Assembly (NCBI GenBank): GCA_050084985.1 | Contig: JBITNC010000001.1 | Coordinates: 158,844,001 to 158,908,000 of the forward strand | From: Nageia nagi | Taxonomy: Eukaryota; Plantae; Pinophyta | Direction of reading: 5' to 3' | DNA: 64,000 nt | Part shown: positions 28,751 to 42,170 of the stretch, piece by piece | Layout: each line of letters begins with the position of its first letter | Position numbering within the stretch: the stretch's first letter is position 1 | Notes under the pieces: model-generated | The model's database searches: none | What the model was told of the DNA's origin: nothing | Seen by the model: only the letters and a program-made list of their open reading frames with translations | Made by a program: the position numbers and the translations under genes

Positions 28751-29805
28751 AAATTTGTATTTGGAAAAAAAAGTGGTGATGGAGTTGGAGCACCTTCGCA
28801 CTCTACTAGATTATTGGGAAAAAGCCTCATGTGTTGTGAGTTGAATCCCTTGAGACCATTCATCGCAGGATAATCTAGGTCTCATTCACACCACAACCAT
28901 TGCTGTGTGTGAGAGATTAGTCCTTTGAGCACCATAAATTGTAATCGCCACTAATTGGAAAGTCTTGGGATATTGCAGGAAACAACTCTTTCTATGTAGG
29001 AGGTTGGGATACATGAAACAAAAGTCTTTTAAGCTAGTGTTAGGTTGCAGTCATAATGATGGTCATGATGATAATGAATTCTAGACGACAAGATGGTCAT
29101 CTCAATATTACGAAATACATACTAGAATCTCATGGATGATGAGGACCTCCTGCTTACTTGCACATCTCCTAACTTGATCTAAGTTTTAATTAGTTGGATT
29201 TTAATGCCTTGGTTTAGTGGCCAAGGGTCATAATGGACATTTATTTTTATTTTTTCCTCCTAACCCTTGTTGCCTCCTAACCCACGAGTTTAGTATGACT
29301 CCATATTAAGGTGTGATTAAGCCACCCACACCTTTTTTTGTTATAAAATGTTTATATTTTATTAATCTAATATCTTTTTATAAAAATAAAAATAAAAAAG
29401 ATCAAAGTTATAAAAGAATTATGTTTTATTTTGATTTAATAAAAGACTTATAATTTATCAATATTATGGAAATTACTTTTTAAATTCACAATATGTAAAA
29501 ATGCAAAGGTTTCATGATATAAAAAATAAAAAATTAAAAATGACTTTTAGATTTTTTATGAAAAAATTATAAATACATAGAAAAATAAATTCCGATCACA
29601 AAAGAATTATGAGAATATCAACTTCAACAAAACATGTTACAATATTCTTAAAAAAAGAAATAAACTCTAATTAAAATTATTAGTAATAGATATAGAAAAA
29701 GGATAAAATAATATGATTACAATATTTTTCTATCATCAAAGACGATTAGGCTAAAAATCAAGACTAAACTTGGGTTTGATGGCTCTCAGACTCGAATTTA
29801 TTTTC

Positions 29806-30397
29806 TCAGGCTCGATTTTTTTCTAAAGAGAAGACGGGAAATCGAGAGGCTTGTTTGAGGAGCTTTCGGGATCTGACCCGCTCTTGCAGTCTGATGAGAG
29901 TCTCCATGCATTGCAACGCCATCCTCGCCTCCCTCCTCACAACAAACCCGCGGAACAATGCCTGCAACCTCACCACCGCCTTCAGAGCACGCAATGCCTT
30001 TTTTGCCTGCGTTGCAAAACAACACGGAAACAATATCATCTATTTCTCCATCAAGATCAGGCAATCGAATGTATGCTTAGTTTAAAGGCGTTGATCTTAC
30101 GAGGTGGCGTCGGTAGGCTGCTTGGATTCTAATGGCGGCGCGCTGCTCTAGACACCACACTTCATCTTCATACGAACGGCGATATGCCATATCCATAGTC
30201 AGTTGTGTAAGATTCAGAACCACCGCGGCGGCTTGGACGGCTACAGCCGCTGCCTGTGTTGCTGCGGCTGTTGCTTGGGCTATCTCCTTTTCACCATCAT
30301 CCTCTTCGCATTTTTGTGGGGAATAATCTGACGAAGAATGGGAGGATTTGATCATCCTCTTCACATGCTGTTTCAGCCAATTTTCAGTCTTTCCCAT
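29806..30397 (-). CDS. IQD: IQD (IQ67-domain calmodulin-binding) protein copy B, 2 exons (30101-30397, 29806-30006), 165 aa
   Basis: MGKTENWLK N-terminus, Ala-rich motif, and AAIRIQAAYRRHL|AKKALRALKAVVRLQALFRGFVVRR...LQERVR. The 94-bp GTAAGA...GCAG phase-0 intron is at the conserved IQ67 position. Frame intact; AATAAA just after the stop. Confidence 0.9.
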
Positions 30398-31119
30398 TCT
30401 TTTTCAATGCAACTGTCATCTCACCAACAAAGAAAGTTTCTTTGAAATCCAGTGGGAAGCTTTTTGCGTGGAAATAAATGGAAGAAAAGAGGGCGAGGTC
30501 CAGTTGGTGGGTGAAAGGCTGCAAATGTGGTGAGGTTTAGCTTTAGTGATGCATCGCTCTCCACGTCTAAACCACACACATGGTCTCAGGAAAGACACCA
30601 AAGATGTTGCTTCCACGTTGCCTGCAAAAGAGTTTCAACTGAATTAGACATACATCATTTTCATATAAAATAAATTTTGCCTATTTAATTTAATAAAAGA
30701 ATTTTTTAAGATGAAAAGTTATATTAGACTAGCAATTGCAACAAGTGTAATGGGTACTTCGTTTTTCAGGCAAAAACATAATTAATAAATCGTAGTAATT
30801 GAAGTTATGGATGATTGATATGGTTTCAATCACGAACGGTGATTTTGCATATATGTCAAAGCTAGAATGTAAATTTGAAGCTCAAAATTCCAAAGAAAGA
30901 ATGTCTAATGGTATAATTAAAAGATTATAAATAATTTGTATCAAAAATGGGTGGATAGAAATCCTTTCATAAGAGTTTAAACTAATTTAAAAATTTGAGA
31001 TATATCAAAACAAATCAAATTAATACAAAATTATAATTACTATAATTGTTAGTATATAAAAGAGTGCATAATAATTAAGATCTCATTAAACATTGTTGGT
31101 GGGAGACCCATACAAGAGG

Positions 31120-31460
31120 CAAAGACATGGAGAATATGTAAAAAGGTTGCGAAAGTGTTGAGCTTTAGCTTTAGCTTTAGTGAAGCACCACAACTGCACT
31201 CTGCATGTCGAAAGCACAACAATGTTGTCATGAAAGACCCCAAGATGTTGCTTCCACATCTTTATCTCCAATTTCTTTAAAGAAGATTTCAAGATACATC
31301 ATTTCCAAATAAATAAATGTTGATTATTTAATTTAATAAAATAATATTTTTATATTAATCTGAATTTTAAAATTAGCATGTGTGATAGACTTCAAATTAA
31401 TATTATAGATAATATAAGGTGTAAAAGTTTTTTATGAGAAAAGTGGATATCCCTAATAGT
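31120..31460 (-). promoter_or_regulatory. Orphan duplicate of the IQD upstream (putative promoter) module
   Basis: Matches 448-594 and 34857-35170 (GCGAAAGTG.TGAG.TTTA.CTT...CACAACTGCACTCTGCA...GACCCCAA.A.G.TGCTTCCAC), but no exon is adjacent. Confidence 0.6.
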
Positions 31461-33477
31461 CAACTATGATTTTCAATGTATTATTAGGGATACAATCTAT
31501 GAAATATTCAATGGGTGTGTGCTCCTACATAATAATATTAGGATCATAGCTAATACCTTACGATAAAGTTTTAGGATGAATTTGTCTGGATGCTTCAATG
31601 GCATCATTCCTTTCCCTAGCACCTTTAGCATATGATGAAGCTAGCATTGAAAAGGTAGTACAACACTATGCCTAGAAAATTAATAGAAATTACATGATAA
31701 CTAGTGAAAAATATTAACATTATAGAAACTCTAAGTTTGCATACATCTAATATCAATACTCAACTTTTAGCTCGAAACAAATATTTTTATTGTATTGTTC
31801 TTAATCCAAGATTTATAAATTAAAAAATTAGCACTTATCATAAATTTCAAATTAATAAATTTATTTTAAAATTTAAAGTTGGTAATATCTAAAATTTTAT
31901 TTTAGTAATAAAATTTAATTAATTAATTAATATGTTATGATAAATAATATTAAAAATACCCTTGTAATTTTAAAAATATCAAAATTACCCCTATAATTTT
32001 TTAGAAATATAAAAAATTTACACAACCAGTTTGTTCATTCTCTAAATCCTATTCAAAATCCCACCAGTCCCTATGCAAAGCTTCAACCTAACCCCCCTTG
32101 CTTTCAAGGACTTCCTACTTCTAGTTTGGATTTGGCTCTTATGAAAAAAATTATGTTGGTAGCAATTGTGAATAATTTGGTTATGTGAGTTTTGGGTTTT
32201 GAATTGGTGATTGAGATGTCTAATTTAGTAATGTACAAGGTGTATGCATATCATTGAGATCCACAGCATCATTATGTGCTTCCAATTTGGAGTGCTTATT
32301 GGAATGCATAACTCCCCACTTGTTCACCCATCATTTGCCAAATGTATGCACAACACCCTCTTTTGTAAGTAGAGGTTTGATTCTTATAATTCATTCTATG
32401 ACTTCGTTTCATTCTCTAGCAGTGGTAGTGGCTCTTGGAATCAAAGCCATAAGAACAAGACTACTTTAGGCTAGGGAGGAGTGCATATTGAGCACAAGTG
32501 CCCATCCTTTTGAACAGTGGGGAAACTATGATTCAATATTATGTGCCATACCTTTTTGTTATGCAAATACACACCACCAATGGCATTCAATGATCCTCAA
32601 ACTTTAGGTAAATGCTATTTGTTGTTGAGTTTAGAGAGTGGTCTATAAAGTTAAGCCTATTTTATTTCTCAATGGTACTAGAAGAAATGAGTGTTATTTG
32701 AATTTATAGAAATACAAGGGATTAGAGCAATGATGATTTCATATGAGGGACTCAAGTAATGATTAGTGCAATGATAATGAAAGTGGAAACATGAATATTT
32801 TGAACAAGCTATGTCATATGGTAAGTTTTGTTGAGACACTTTTTAGATCAAAACAAGATTAACAAGGTTCAAATTAACTAGCAAATTTTGATAGGGCTAG
32901 TTTTGATATAAGTGTATTTTGCATATTTTCCCTAAATAATAAGGGTATATAAAGTAAATATATGTAAAAGAAAAAGTTAAAGATGGTCATATTTGTTTGG
33001 ATTTTTTTTTGGATTTTTTTTTGTTTAGCTTTCAAAATAAAGATTTTAATATTCTAATCATACAAGTTAATGAATGGTACTATTTCACGTAATATATGGT
33101 TATTTGATTAAGTAAATCTTACTTATTAATAAAAAAAAATTATGAAGGTGATTAAGGAGTAAGAGTTGAAGCTGAGAGCCAAACTACATGTGGTACTAGG
33201 TTTTAAGATTTTTTAAATCACACCATCTCTCTCTCTAAGAGATTGCGCGAGATAGCTCAATAAAAATTTACTACCATATACTCACCTTAACTTCCCATTG
33301 AATGAATTTATTTTCTTTTTAATATTATTGCAACTAATTCTCCATCTTCAATGTACCTTGAAACTAGAGGAAGGAGAAATAATACCCAAAGAGAGTAAGT
33401 GGCCTAGGAAATTCATCCCCATAGTTTACTACAAGGTAACTCTACCACTCCATATGTTATTAGCATGTTAATATGTT

Positions 33478-33577
33478 NNNNNNNNNNNNNNNNNNNNNNN
33501 NNNNNNNNNNNNNNNNNNNNNNNNNNNNNNNNNNNNNNNNNNNNNNNNNNNNNNNNNNNNNNNNNNNNNNNNNNNNN
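33478..33577. other. Assembly gap (100 N)
   Basis: N run. Confidence 1.
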
Positions 33578-34128
33578 AAAATTTAAAAAAAAATAAAAAA
33601 GATCATAGTAACTTCAATTAAATGAAAGGTTTATATTTTATTTTTTATTTTATTATATATATAAATAATAGAAATTATTTTTTCAATTCATGATATGTAG
33701 GAATGCAAAGGTGGCCATATAAGAAAATATTTAAAAAATAGTATGAGTTAAGATTTTTATAAAAAAAATTTAAATATGTAGAAAACATAAATTCCAATAA
33801 GGAAAGAATTATAAGAATTGGAACTACTTTGTTTCTAAGGGAAAGTTATCCTTTAGTCTTTAGGGCAAGTGATAGAGGTATCTTTTTCGTCAAATTCAAC
33901 AGAACTTGCACCTAGACTTGTCTCATGAGAATTTTAACATACCCTTTCACTTTAACTCCCCTATTAGATTATCCGCAAATATATTACAACATTTGAAATA
34001 AAATATAATTAAAATTATTATTTGCAGATAGAGATAAAAAAAGGGTGAAATAATATGATTATTCTACCATCAAAGATGATTAAACTAAAAATCAAGATTA
34101 AGCTTGCTTTGATGGCTTGAGACTTCAT

Positions 34129-34731
34129 TTATTTTCTCAGGTTCATTTTTTTTTTTTCTAGGGAGAACACAGGAAATCGGGAGGCTTCGTTGAGGAGCTT
34201 TCGGGATCTGACACGCTCTTGCAGTCTGATGAGAGTCTCCATGCACTGCAACGCCATCCTCACCTCTCTCCTCACCACAAACCCGCGGAACAATGCCTGC
34301 AACCTCACCACCGCCTTAAAGAGCACGCAATGCCTTCTTTGCCTGCATCGCAAACACAAAACATAAATAATATCATTTATTTCTTCATCAAGATCAGGCA
34401 ATCGAATGTATGCTTAGTTTAAAGCCTTTGATATTACGAGATGGCCTCGATAGGCTGCTTGGATTCTAATCGCGGCGCGCTGCTCTACACACCACACTTC
34501 ATTTTGATAGTAGGGGCGATATGCCATATCAATACTCAGCTGTGTAAGATTCAGAGCCACTGCCGCGGCTTGGACGGCTACAGCCGCTGCCTCTGTTGCT
34601 TGGGCTATCTCCTTCTCACCATCATTCTTTTCATCCTCTTCGCATATCTGAGGGGCATAAACTGACCAAGAATGGGAGGATTTCATCATCCTCTTCACAT
34701 GCTGTTTCAGCCAAGTTTCAGTCTTTCCCAT
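34129..34731 (-). pseudogene. IQD: IQD copy C, 2 exons (34438-34731, 34129-34342); +1 frameshift in exon 2 gives AKKALRAL*
   Basis: CCGCCTTAAAGAGCACG versus CCGCCTTCAGAGCACG in copies B and D creates TAA at 34316-34318. The rest of IQ67 continues in another frame (ORF 34129-34401). Confidence 0.85.
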
Positions 34732-35019
34732 TCTTTCACAATGCAATTATCATCTCAGAATCTCACAACAAAGTTTCTTGAAATCCAGTCGTTAGCTTTT
34801 TGGGTGGAAATAAATCCAAAGAAGAAAAGGGAGAGGTGGAGGGTGCGTGAAAAGCCTGCGAAAGTGGTGAGGTTTATCTTTAGCTTTAGTGACGCACCAC
34901 AACTACACTCTGCACGTCCAAAGCACGGCAACGGCGTCAGGAAAGACCCCAAGACGCTGCTTCCACGTCTCCGTCTCCTATTTCTTTAAAGACGATTTAA
35001 AGATACATAATTTTCAAAT

Positions 35020-38000
35020 AAATAAATGTTGACTTATTAATTTATTTAAAAAAACTTCGATCTTAATCTAAATTTTAGAATTGAAAAATTAGCATGTGTG
35101 ATAGACTTCAAATTAATATTGTAGATAATATGAGGTGCAAAATTTTTTTTGTGTGGAGAGTGGATATCCTCAATAAAATAAATAGTCAACTATGGTTTAA
35201 AGTTTGTAGATTATTATGTGGATTGATGTTGTTGGATTTGATAATATATCTTAATTATTGGCTTTTGGATGTATGGTATTTAGTCAACAATATTATAATA
35301 CTATTTTTTCCTATTTATTTATGATGTTAGAAGAATTTTAATATATGTAGAATGGGAATTTTTTTGAGAGAGTGGGTTGTGAGATGTGGGTTTATTGAAG
35401 TTCATCATATTTGATAAGGACATTTCATCATGTGCAAGTTGTTACAAATATTTGATTAATAAATGATATCATATGGTAAATGTTTGATGATCAAGGTAGA
35501 TTGTATTGTTATATAGTCAAGAGGTTGTAGATACCAATAATTATATGAGTTAGGCATTAGTGTGGACCTAATGATATTTTTTCATTGTTTGATATCTGAT
35601 TTTATTCTTAAACTTCTTTGGTTACCCATTTCATAGGAGTTGGGAGAAGTGATGATAGATATGGTAAAGAAGGGGGTAATTTTTACTTCGTGCAAGTTTT
35701 ACTCATGAAAACTTATTTAGAATTATATCAAGTGAGGTAGTATGAAGATTAAGATTATAAATTATCATTATCTTTCGAATATAGATATGTATGTGAGAGC
35801 ATATAATAGTAGCATGACCTCATGATCTATCTTATGATGCTTATGGAGAGGATTAGATGTCCCTTTTGCATTATACTAGTTACAGAATAAAGAGGCATTC
35901 CAACATAGGAAGTATAAGTAACACTTAGAATATTAATAACAATAATTAAATACTTTTGATATCTACATTAGATTATATGACATCCATTTAGTGATTTTGT
36001 TAGTTGCATGGAGGATGGAGTACAATAATGATGGGAATCATAGGAGAGTTGGTTCATGGTATAAATACCTCAAGAGCTTGATTTTTTTTTTATAGCCAAG
36101 TTTTGGGGTAGTTTAAAAGTCAACATGGTGCACCACAAGTATTTACAATTTATAGTTGAACAATAAAGGATGGAAATCCTTAAGTGTAATATATAGAGAT
36201 TCAGGAGGAGGGTGATTCCTTTATTCAAAGCCTAAGATAAAATGATGAACTATGACTACATTAAAATATGAATACATGGTTCAAGGATTATATGGATACA
36301 TTAAGTGTCATGACCAACACCAACAACTCTCTTCCTATTCTAAATTTTTAACAAGCAATATTATTAGGCATAAATATGAGAACATTGTTAATTGAAAAAT
36401 ATCTTTGAGGTTTAATATATATTGGTTATGATGAACTAGTTGTATAGAGCACATTAAGAGTAGTTAATGGATAATAAAGAAGAAATTTGAGAAGAAGAAC
36501 TCATTACCTATACCATCATATTCAATCATCCCTAAATAAAAGTTTATTTATATGAATTATTTTTTCAACCTCAACCAAGGAGGCTAGAAAGTCTTTACAA
36601 GAGGTTTTCCAAGTAGTGATCTAATCAAGAGTTGTAAACCCTAAAAAGGAAGCTCAAGAACTTAAAGATACAAGAGTTGGAAACATAATTAATGTAATGT
36701 CCCATTTTTTTGAGCATTTTTTCTATTTCACCTCTGATAAATGGGAACATTAGCTTCAATGTTAGGTTTTTGATTTCTTTGAGCATTAAGTTTTAGTTAG
36801 TTTTTTGGCCAATTATATTTGTAAGAACTTTAATCAGCTTAGAAAACTTAGTTTATGATGTCTAATGTATTAGTTAACAAATGGTAACCCTATTATAGTT
36901 AAGTTGTTTAGTACAGATATATAGATTGGTTTCTTATAATGGCCAATAATGCAAGATTCAGAAGGTACAGAATATCATCACCTATGAAAAGGACTGATAC
37001 CCTTATGGATCATTCATGAAATAATATATGACCTGAAATATATGATATTTTATAACCCCTTTTATCAGATTGAGTGGAGACTCTATCTTTTCCACTTGTA
37101 GGGAAACTTGCATTTGAGGTCTTAAGGAGATAGAAGGCTAACCTCAAGCTTACTTTAGCCATATTTATAGGAACATTGTTGGTTCCATCAAAAAAGTTAT
37201 AAAGAATTCTTAGGATGTGTCTTGCGCAATGCTATGATTGGTTGGGTCTAGAGCCATCCAAAATAACCATATTTGGAGGAATTCTGTACAAGCTCCTTAG
37301 GTAGAGAAAAATATATTGTAATTGCGTTATTCTTTATTACATCAATATAATTACATTTTATTATCAATATCTCGCTATTTGTCTCTTTTGCTTGGACATT
37401 AGGTTTGGAGTGGTTATTGCATTGTTTGAATACTATTTTTGCTCCTTAATTGCAACATTGAATCTAGAGTGACATTTGCATGCTCAATTTTGTATTTTTA
37501 AGTATAATTATACATTGGTTTTATGTGAGAATTTTGTTTGTAATTATTAAATTTTCCCTTAGTAGCTAGATGTTGGATACTTGTGCAATATTGAGCTTGT
37601 TTGTTGATTTTGGTGCTTTTGGTAAACATCCCTCTCTTAGGGCACATATGAGCATGATTAGCCAGTTTGGGATCATCAAATTAACTATTATGTTATAATG
37701 AAATATGTACTAAACAAAGTAGCCAAACTTGGTAAGAAATTGAATAACAAGATGATTGTAAATGAGACACTTAGAAATCTAAAATCTAAGTGGAATTATA
37801 TTGTAATCATCATTGAGGAAAGTAAGGTTTTTCTATAGTAGTATTTAATCACTTTATTGGTTCTCTTATGTCATGTGAGAAGAGGCTAAATGAAAACTTT
37901 AGAATGATGAAAAATATTTTGCTTCCAATATGAGAATTTCTATGAAGGGGAAACTATGAATGTTAAGGATAAACAAAGGTTGTAATCAAAATTCTACTAA

Positions 38001-38120
38001 AGGGAGATAATATTTTTTCTACCAATAGAGGATAAGTAAATATCAATCAATCAGAAGAATTCAAACTATAATTATTAAAAGTGAAGATCCATTGCAAGAG
38101 ATTTAGAGACAAGGCTAGAA
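35020..38120. repeat. Duplicated block paralogous to ~42240-44345 (and in part to 24870-26170); decayed Copia-derived sequence
   Basis: Co-linear similarity, e.g. TTAGCATGTGTGATAGACTTCAAATTAATATTGTAGATAATATGAG and GTAGCATGACCTCATGATCTAT. Confidence 0.85.
36693..37679 (+). mobile_element. Solo LTR with TSD ATTAA, at the same site as 25198-25885 in the paralogous block
   Basis: TGTAATGTCCCATTTT start and TTTGGGATCATCAA end; ATTAA on both sides; flanks paralogous. Confidence 0.7.
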
Positions 38121-41009
38121 TAAGCACCAATACCTAGAAGCAGATATTTGCTCCACTAGCCTAGTGAGCTTTTCTAATCTATGGAGGAAACATTAGGGTT
38201 TTGGTGTAGGCCATTACCTATAAACATATCTCAATCCAATGGTTTAGAGAATTATTTTTTATGGCATGGAGAACTCCAACAAATATTATCAAAAAGATGA
38301 CCCTAAGAGTTAAGGCTCATAAAGCTAGAAAATAAATCATGATTACATATTTAAAACATGATAGAAGGTTTATCTTTCAAATAGTACAATTTGCTAGATA
38401 GCATGGAGATGTTAGGCTCAAATGAAGCTCTTTGTTGTGTTTTGAATATGTATAAAATGATTTATTGGGATTGAAGATTGTAGCACTAGATAGACGAATC
38501 ATAAACTCAAATCTAGAATGAGGAAGAGTCTCATATTTCAAATAGCATCAGGGTATTGGAGGACAGAAGATGTCAAGCTTAAATAAGTTCCTCTTTAGCA
38601 TTTTCTAGGTTTGTAGTGAAATGATTTTTCAAAATAGTTATCTAGGATTCATACAAAAACTATAAAATGAAGCATTTCATAATGCTTTATTATTACTAGG
38701 AACCTTATTAGTTATGATATGCTACATTTTTTTTATATTTCTTATGGATGATGTGTTACATGCTATGTTTTATGATCCTTAAAATGTTATGTTTTGAAGT
38801 ATTATGTATGCTTTATTTTGTATATATGTATGTTATGTTTTGCACTATGGTAAAAGGAATTTTGTACAGGTTTCTAGAGGCCCTTTCAAAACTCTAACTT
38901 TTTTATTGATATCAATTCACTTGATTTAATAAAAAAATAAACATTCTCTCATAACAAAGACTCATGGTTTAAAAAAATTGGAATTAGCTATCTTACTCTC
39001 ATTAATTCATTCTTCTTCCTACAATAAGTGTGTGTCTACTCTACAAGTTAGTGGATTCTCTCTGTGTTCAACTGTCTATTGAGATTTCAACATAGTACAT
39101 GGAGTACTACACAAAGTACCCACTCACAAATGCTTCTTCATGAAGTCTTTATAAATGTGAAGTTAAACTTTATGGAGGCTTCTCAAAAGTTCTCTCATGT
39201 ACTATGGAATGGCCTATGTGTTTATCATTTTTCCACTTTCCATAAGCTCCCTTTTATAATTTTCATGTGGTTTAAAATAGATAAAATGGTTACAATAAAA
39301 TATTCCTATACCATGAATTACTTATCTTCATGTCTAGCTTCACAATCTTACTTATTTCCCTTTTAGCATTTAGTTTGATAAACATTTAATTTAAGGAGGT
39401 TTGTTTTGGATAATAGTAATTAAAGATAACTATTATCTATCTACTTTTTTGTTTTCTTCCTCAAAATACCTTAAAATGGGCCCTTAGGAAATGTATGGGC
39501 AATTACATAACCTTGAATGGCATATATTAGTTCTTCAATGAATAACAAACAAAATAATATACAAAAATACCCAACTTCTCAATGTGAAGGGAAACTACAG
39601 TAATATATCACCATGTGGAAGTCTAAAACTCAAAAGGAAAGCCAAATAGGGCATTGTAAGTGTTCTAATCTTCTAATAAAGCTAGTAGACCCCTTCATGA
39701 CATCTCCTTTATGCATGTTGAAATGGATACACCTAGAGAGGTATTCAAACCCCTTACACATAGGTTCCCATGTTAATTTATTTATACCATCTCCACATAG
39801 CCTCACTACAAGTCATCTCCTTTATGTGCATCATCCACATCATTTTCCATGGGCATCCTTTGACTCCATATTCACTGGTAACTGGTAGGTATTTTATAAA
39901 TGAGTGGTTCCCTCTTCTCTATGTTGACATAGTTCTTACATATCTACACAGAAGTTGGTAGGTCCATCTACACAATGCCCCTATCCTTCTCCTCCATTGG
40001 TTGTCCATGTGGATTTTGGGTCCACTATATTGAACTGATATTTTGAATTGCAAAATATTTTTTAAAAACTTTTGATTTAAATAAAATAATTAAAACTTTA
40101 AATTTGCATAAAAATCACCTCAAACATCAAATTTTGAAACTATTAAATTTTCCAAAAAGTTGGAGGAGAGCTCTTCAATATGAAGATATAGAATAAAATT
40201 TTTCACAACATTCATTTTTTGAAATAATTCCCATTTTGGATCACTTGTCCCTTTGCATGTGATTTTGGTCCCACAATAGCCTCAATATTTGAATGATAAG
40301 AAAAAACAAATCCTCAAATCAAATCCAAAAATGTACCTCTTCTTAAAATCATTATATTTTTTTCTCATCCTCTTAACTTGTGGAATTTCAAATTATCTTT
40401 GAGTATGCCTTTTTATTTTATATTTTGGTCTTCCTTTAGGTCTCATCTTATCCCACTAGGTATTTTTCCTCTATAATATCTCTCAATTATACCTCTAAAT
40501 CATCTCATTTTACCACACTCCATGGATGTGATAACAAGATCTCTATTTCCATATTATATGCATAATTTCGAATTCAAATTTTCATTTCTCATTATGAAAT
40601 TGAATGTCCTTTGATATTTATGTGATTCATAAAGTCTAGTTTCCTATGGCATTTCAAGACTCACACATATGGATTTTTCATACTTGAACTTATAGTACTT
40701 ATAGAATACAAATTTAAAAATTTAAGAGAGATTGTAAGCATCATCACAAAAATTATGAGATAACAATTTACACTAGAGAAACCAAATGTGGGAAAAAATC
40801 TAGCCAAAAATCTCTATTATATTATGAATAGGTAAGTAAAATGGTGGCCTTACTCCAAAATGCCATTAATGGGAACAAAGACAAGGCCTCTAAGAATCTA
40901 ATGGACTTGCTTTTGGTGCTTTCAATACTCAAGAAATAAGCTCACAATCTCTTTGCTTAAGTCCCTGCTTTTGATGCTCTCAATACTCAAGGATTAGACC
41001 TTCAAATGA

Positions 41010-42170
41010 TCCTTACTACTCAAGTCCCTCCCAATATTGTTGGTTCTTTTGTTGCAAAGAGAATCTGGAAATCTTGGGAAGCCCTCAAACCACGGCTTTA
41101 GTGGAATGGGAAGAAGGTTTCATCAAGAGCTTCTTTTTCTTCACTAAATGTTTGGTGGTCTCCTATTCTCAAATTTGATGGATTACCTTTGGCATATATT
41201 CAGTAGGTAAGAGCCCTTCTCTTTCATAGGAATGGAATTGAATCTTTCCAAAAGTTTTTTGATTTTTACCAAGCATTGGTTACCTTGGGAGCAATTTTGC
41301 AATAATTTCAATTTGCAAGAAGATGATAAAGCTACCTTTGATGTCATCCTTGACAAAATCCCATTTTTTGTTTGGAGGAAACTAAAATGAAATTTTCATA
41401 ATCCCTCATGGGATGATTGGCGTTGGCCTAAGAATATCCATATTTAGAAGTTTAAACTCAAAATAGACTATCTTTGGTTATCTCCTAATGTCCCTATGTT
41501 TGAGAATTTGAAAAATTGTTAGATCTTATTTCCACCCAATTTAGATAAAGTTTAAGATTTTTATAATTTGGGCCTGATACCTTGACCCTAAATAAAGTTT
41601 TTTTTCATAGACTTTGTTGTATCAAGACTTACTTATTAGACACAAGCTTCAATATTTAGGGGTGTCCAACCTAATCTATGCTTTCTATGGGGAAACTAAT
41701 AGTTTCACTCATGTCTTTTGGTCTTGTTCTAAAGCTTCAAGTGCTTGGAGTTGGATTCTTTCCTTCCTTTGGCCTTTTATGGTTACTCCCTATTCTTGTG
41801 TTCATGTGTTATTAGGAGACCCTATTTAGTTCATTGAACCCTTGGTGGAAATTTGGCATATTTTTTAACTTAAAATTTTATATCATCTTTGGAAGGTTAG
41901 GAATGATATTATTTTTCTCAACAGGTAGCTTCATCTTCCTTTTCTTTAATGAAAAAATATAATATTTTCTACGAATGTTGGCTGGATATTATTGTTCAAG
42001 TTGAAAAAGTGAACATAGAGGTTCAACATCTATGGAACTTACTTGATTATTAGGGGAGTGCACCCTGATCCATCACTCAGGTTCCTCTGGAATTAATTCC
42101 TACTTAGATTTAGTTTAAAGGGGATTCTATTTGGTTTATTTGTTGTGCTTTCTCATGAGGTGTGCTTAAT
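41010..42170 (+). mobile_element. LINE 3' remnant (zf-RVT region)
   Basis: RIWKSWEAL..., NVWWSP..., and ETNSFTHVFWSCSKASSAWSWI (ORF 41614-41829); multiple stops. Confidence 0.65.

Larger units (their letters stand above)
27870..30480. repeat. Segmental duplication including IQD copy B and its 3' flank; paralogous to ~55950-58540
   Basis: Co-linear high similarity throughout, e.g. GATCCATTATTTT.ATAATACCATG and CCTCCTAACCCACGAG.TTAGTATGA. Confidence 0.9.

Noticed and set aside
29798-30533. Alternative-frame and antisense ORFs over the IQD genes (also 278-607, 34219-34989, 57860-58586)
   Set aside because: Shadows of GC-richer IQD exons; starts and stops are not conserved among copies.
32150-32750. 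Slightly GC-richer stretch with a 71-aa ORF, possibly a gene fragment
   Set aside because: No recognisable domain or splice structure.
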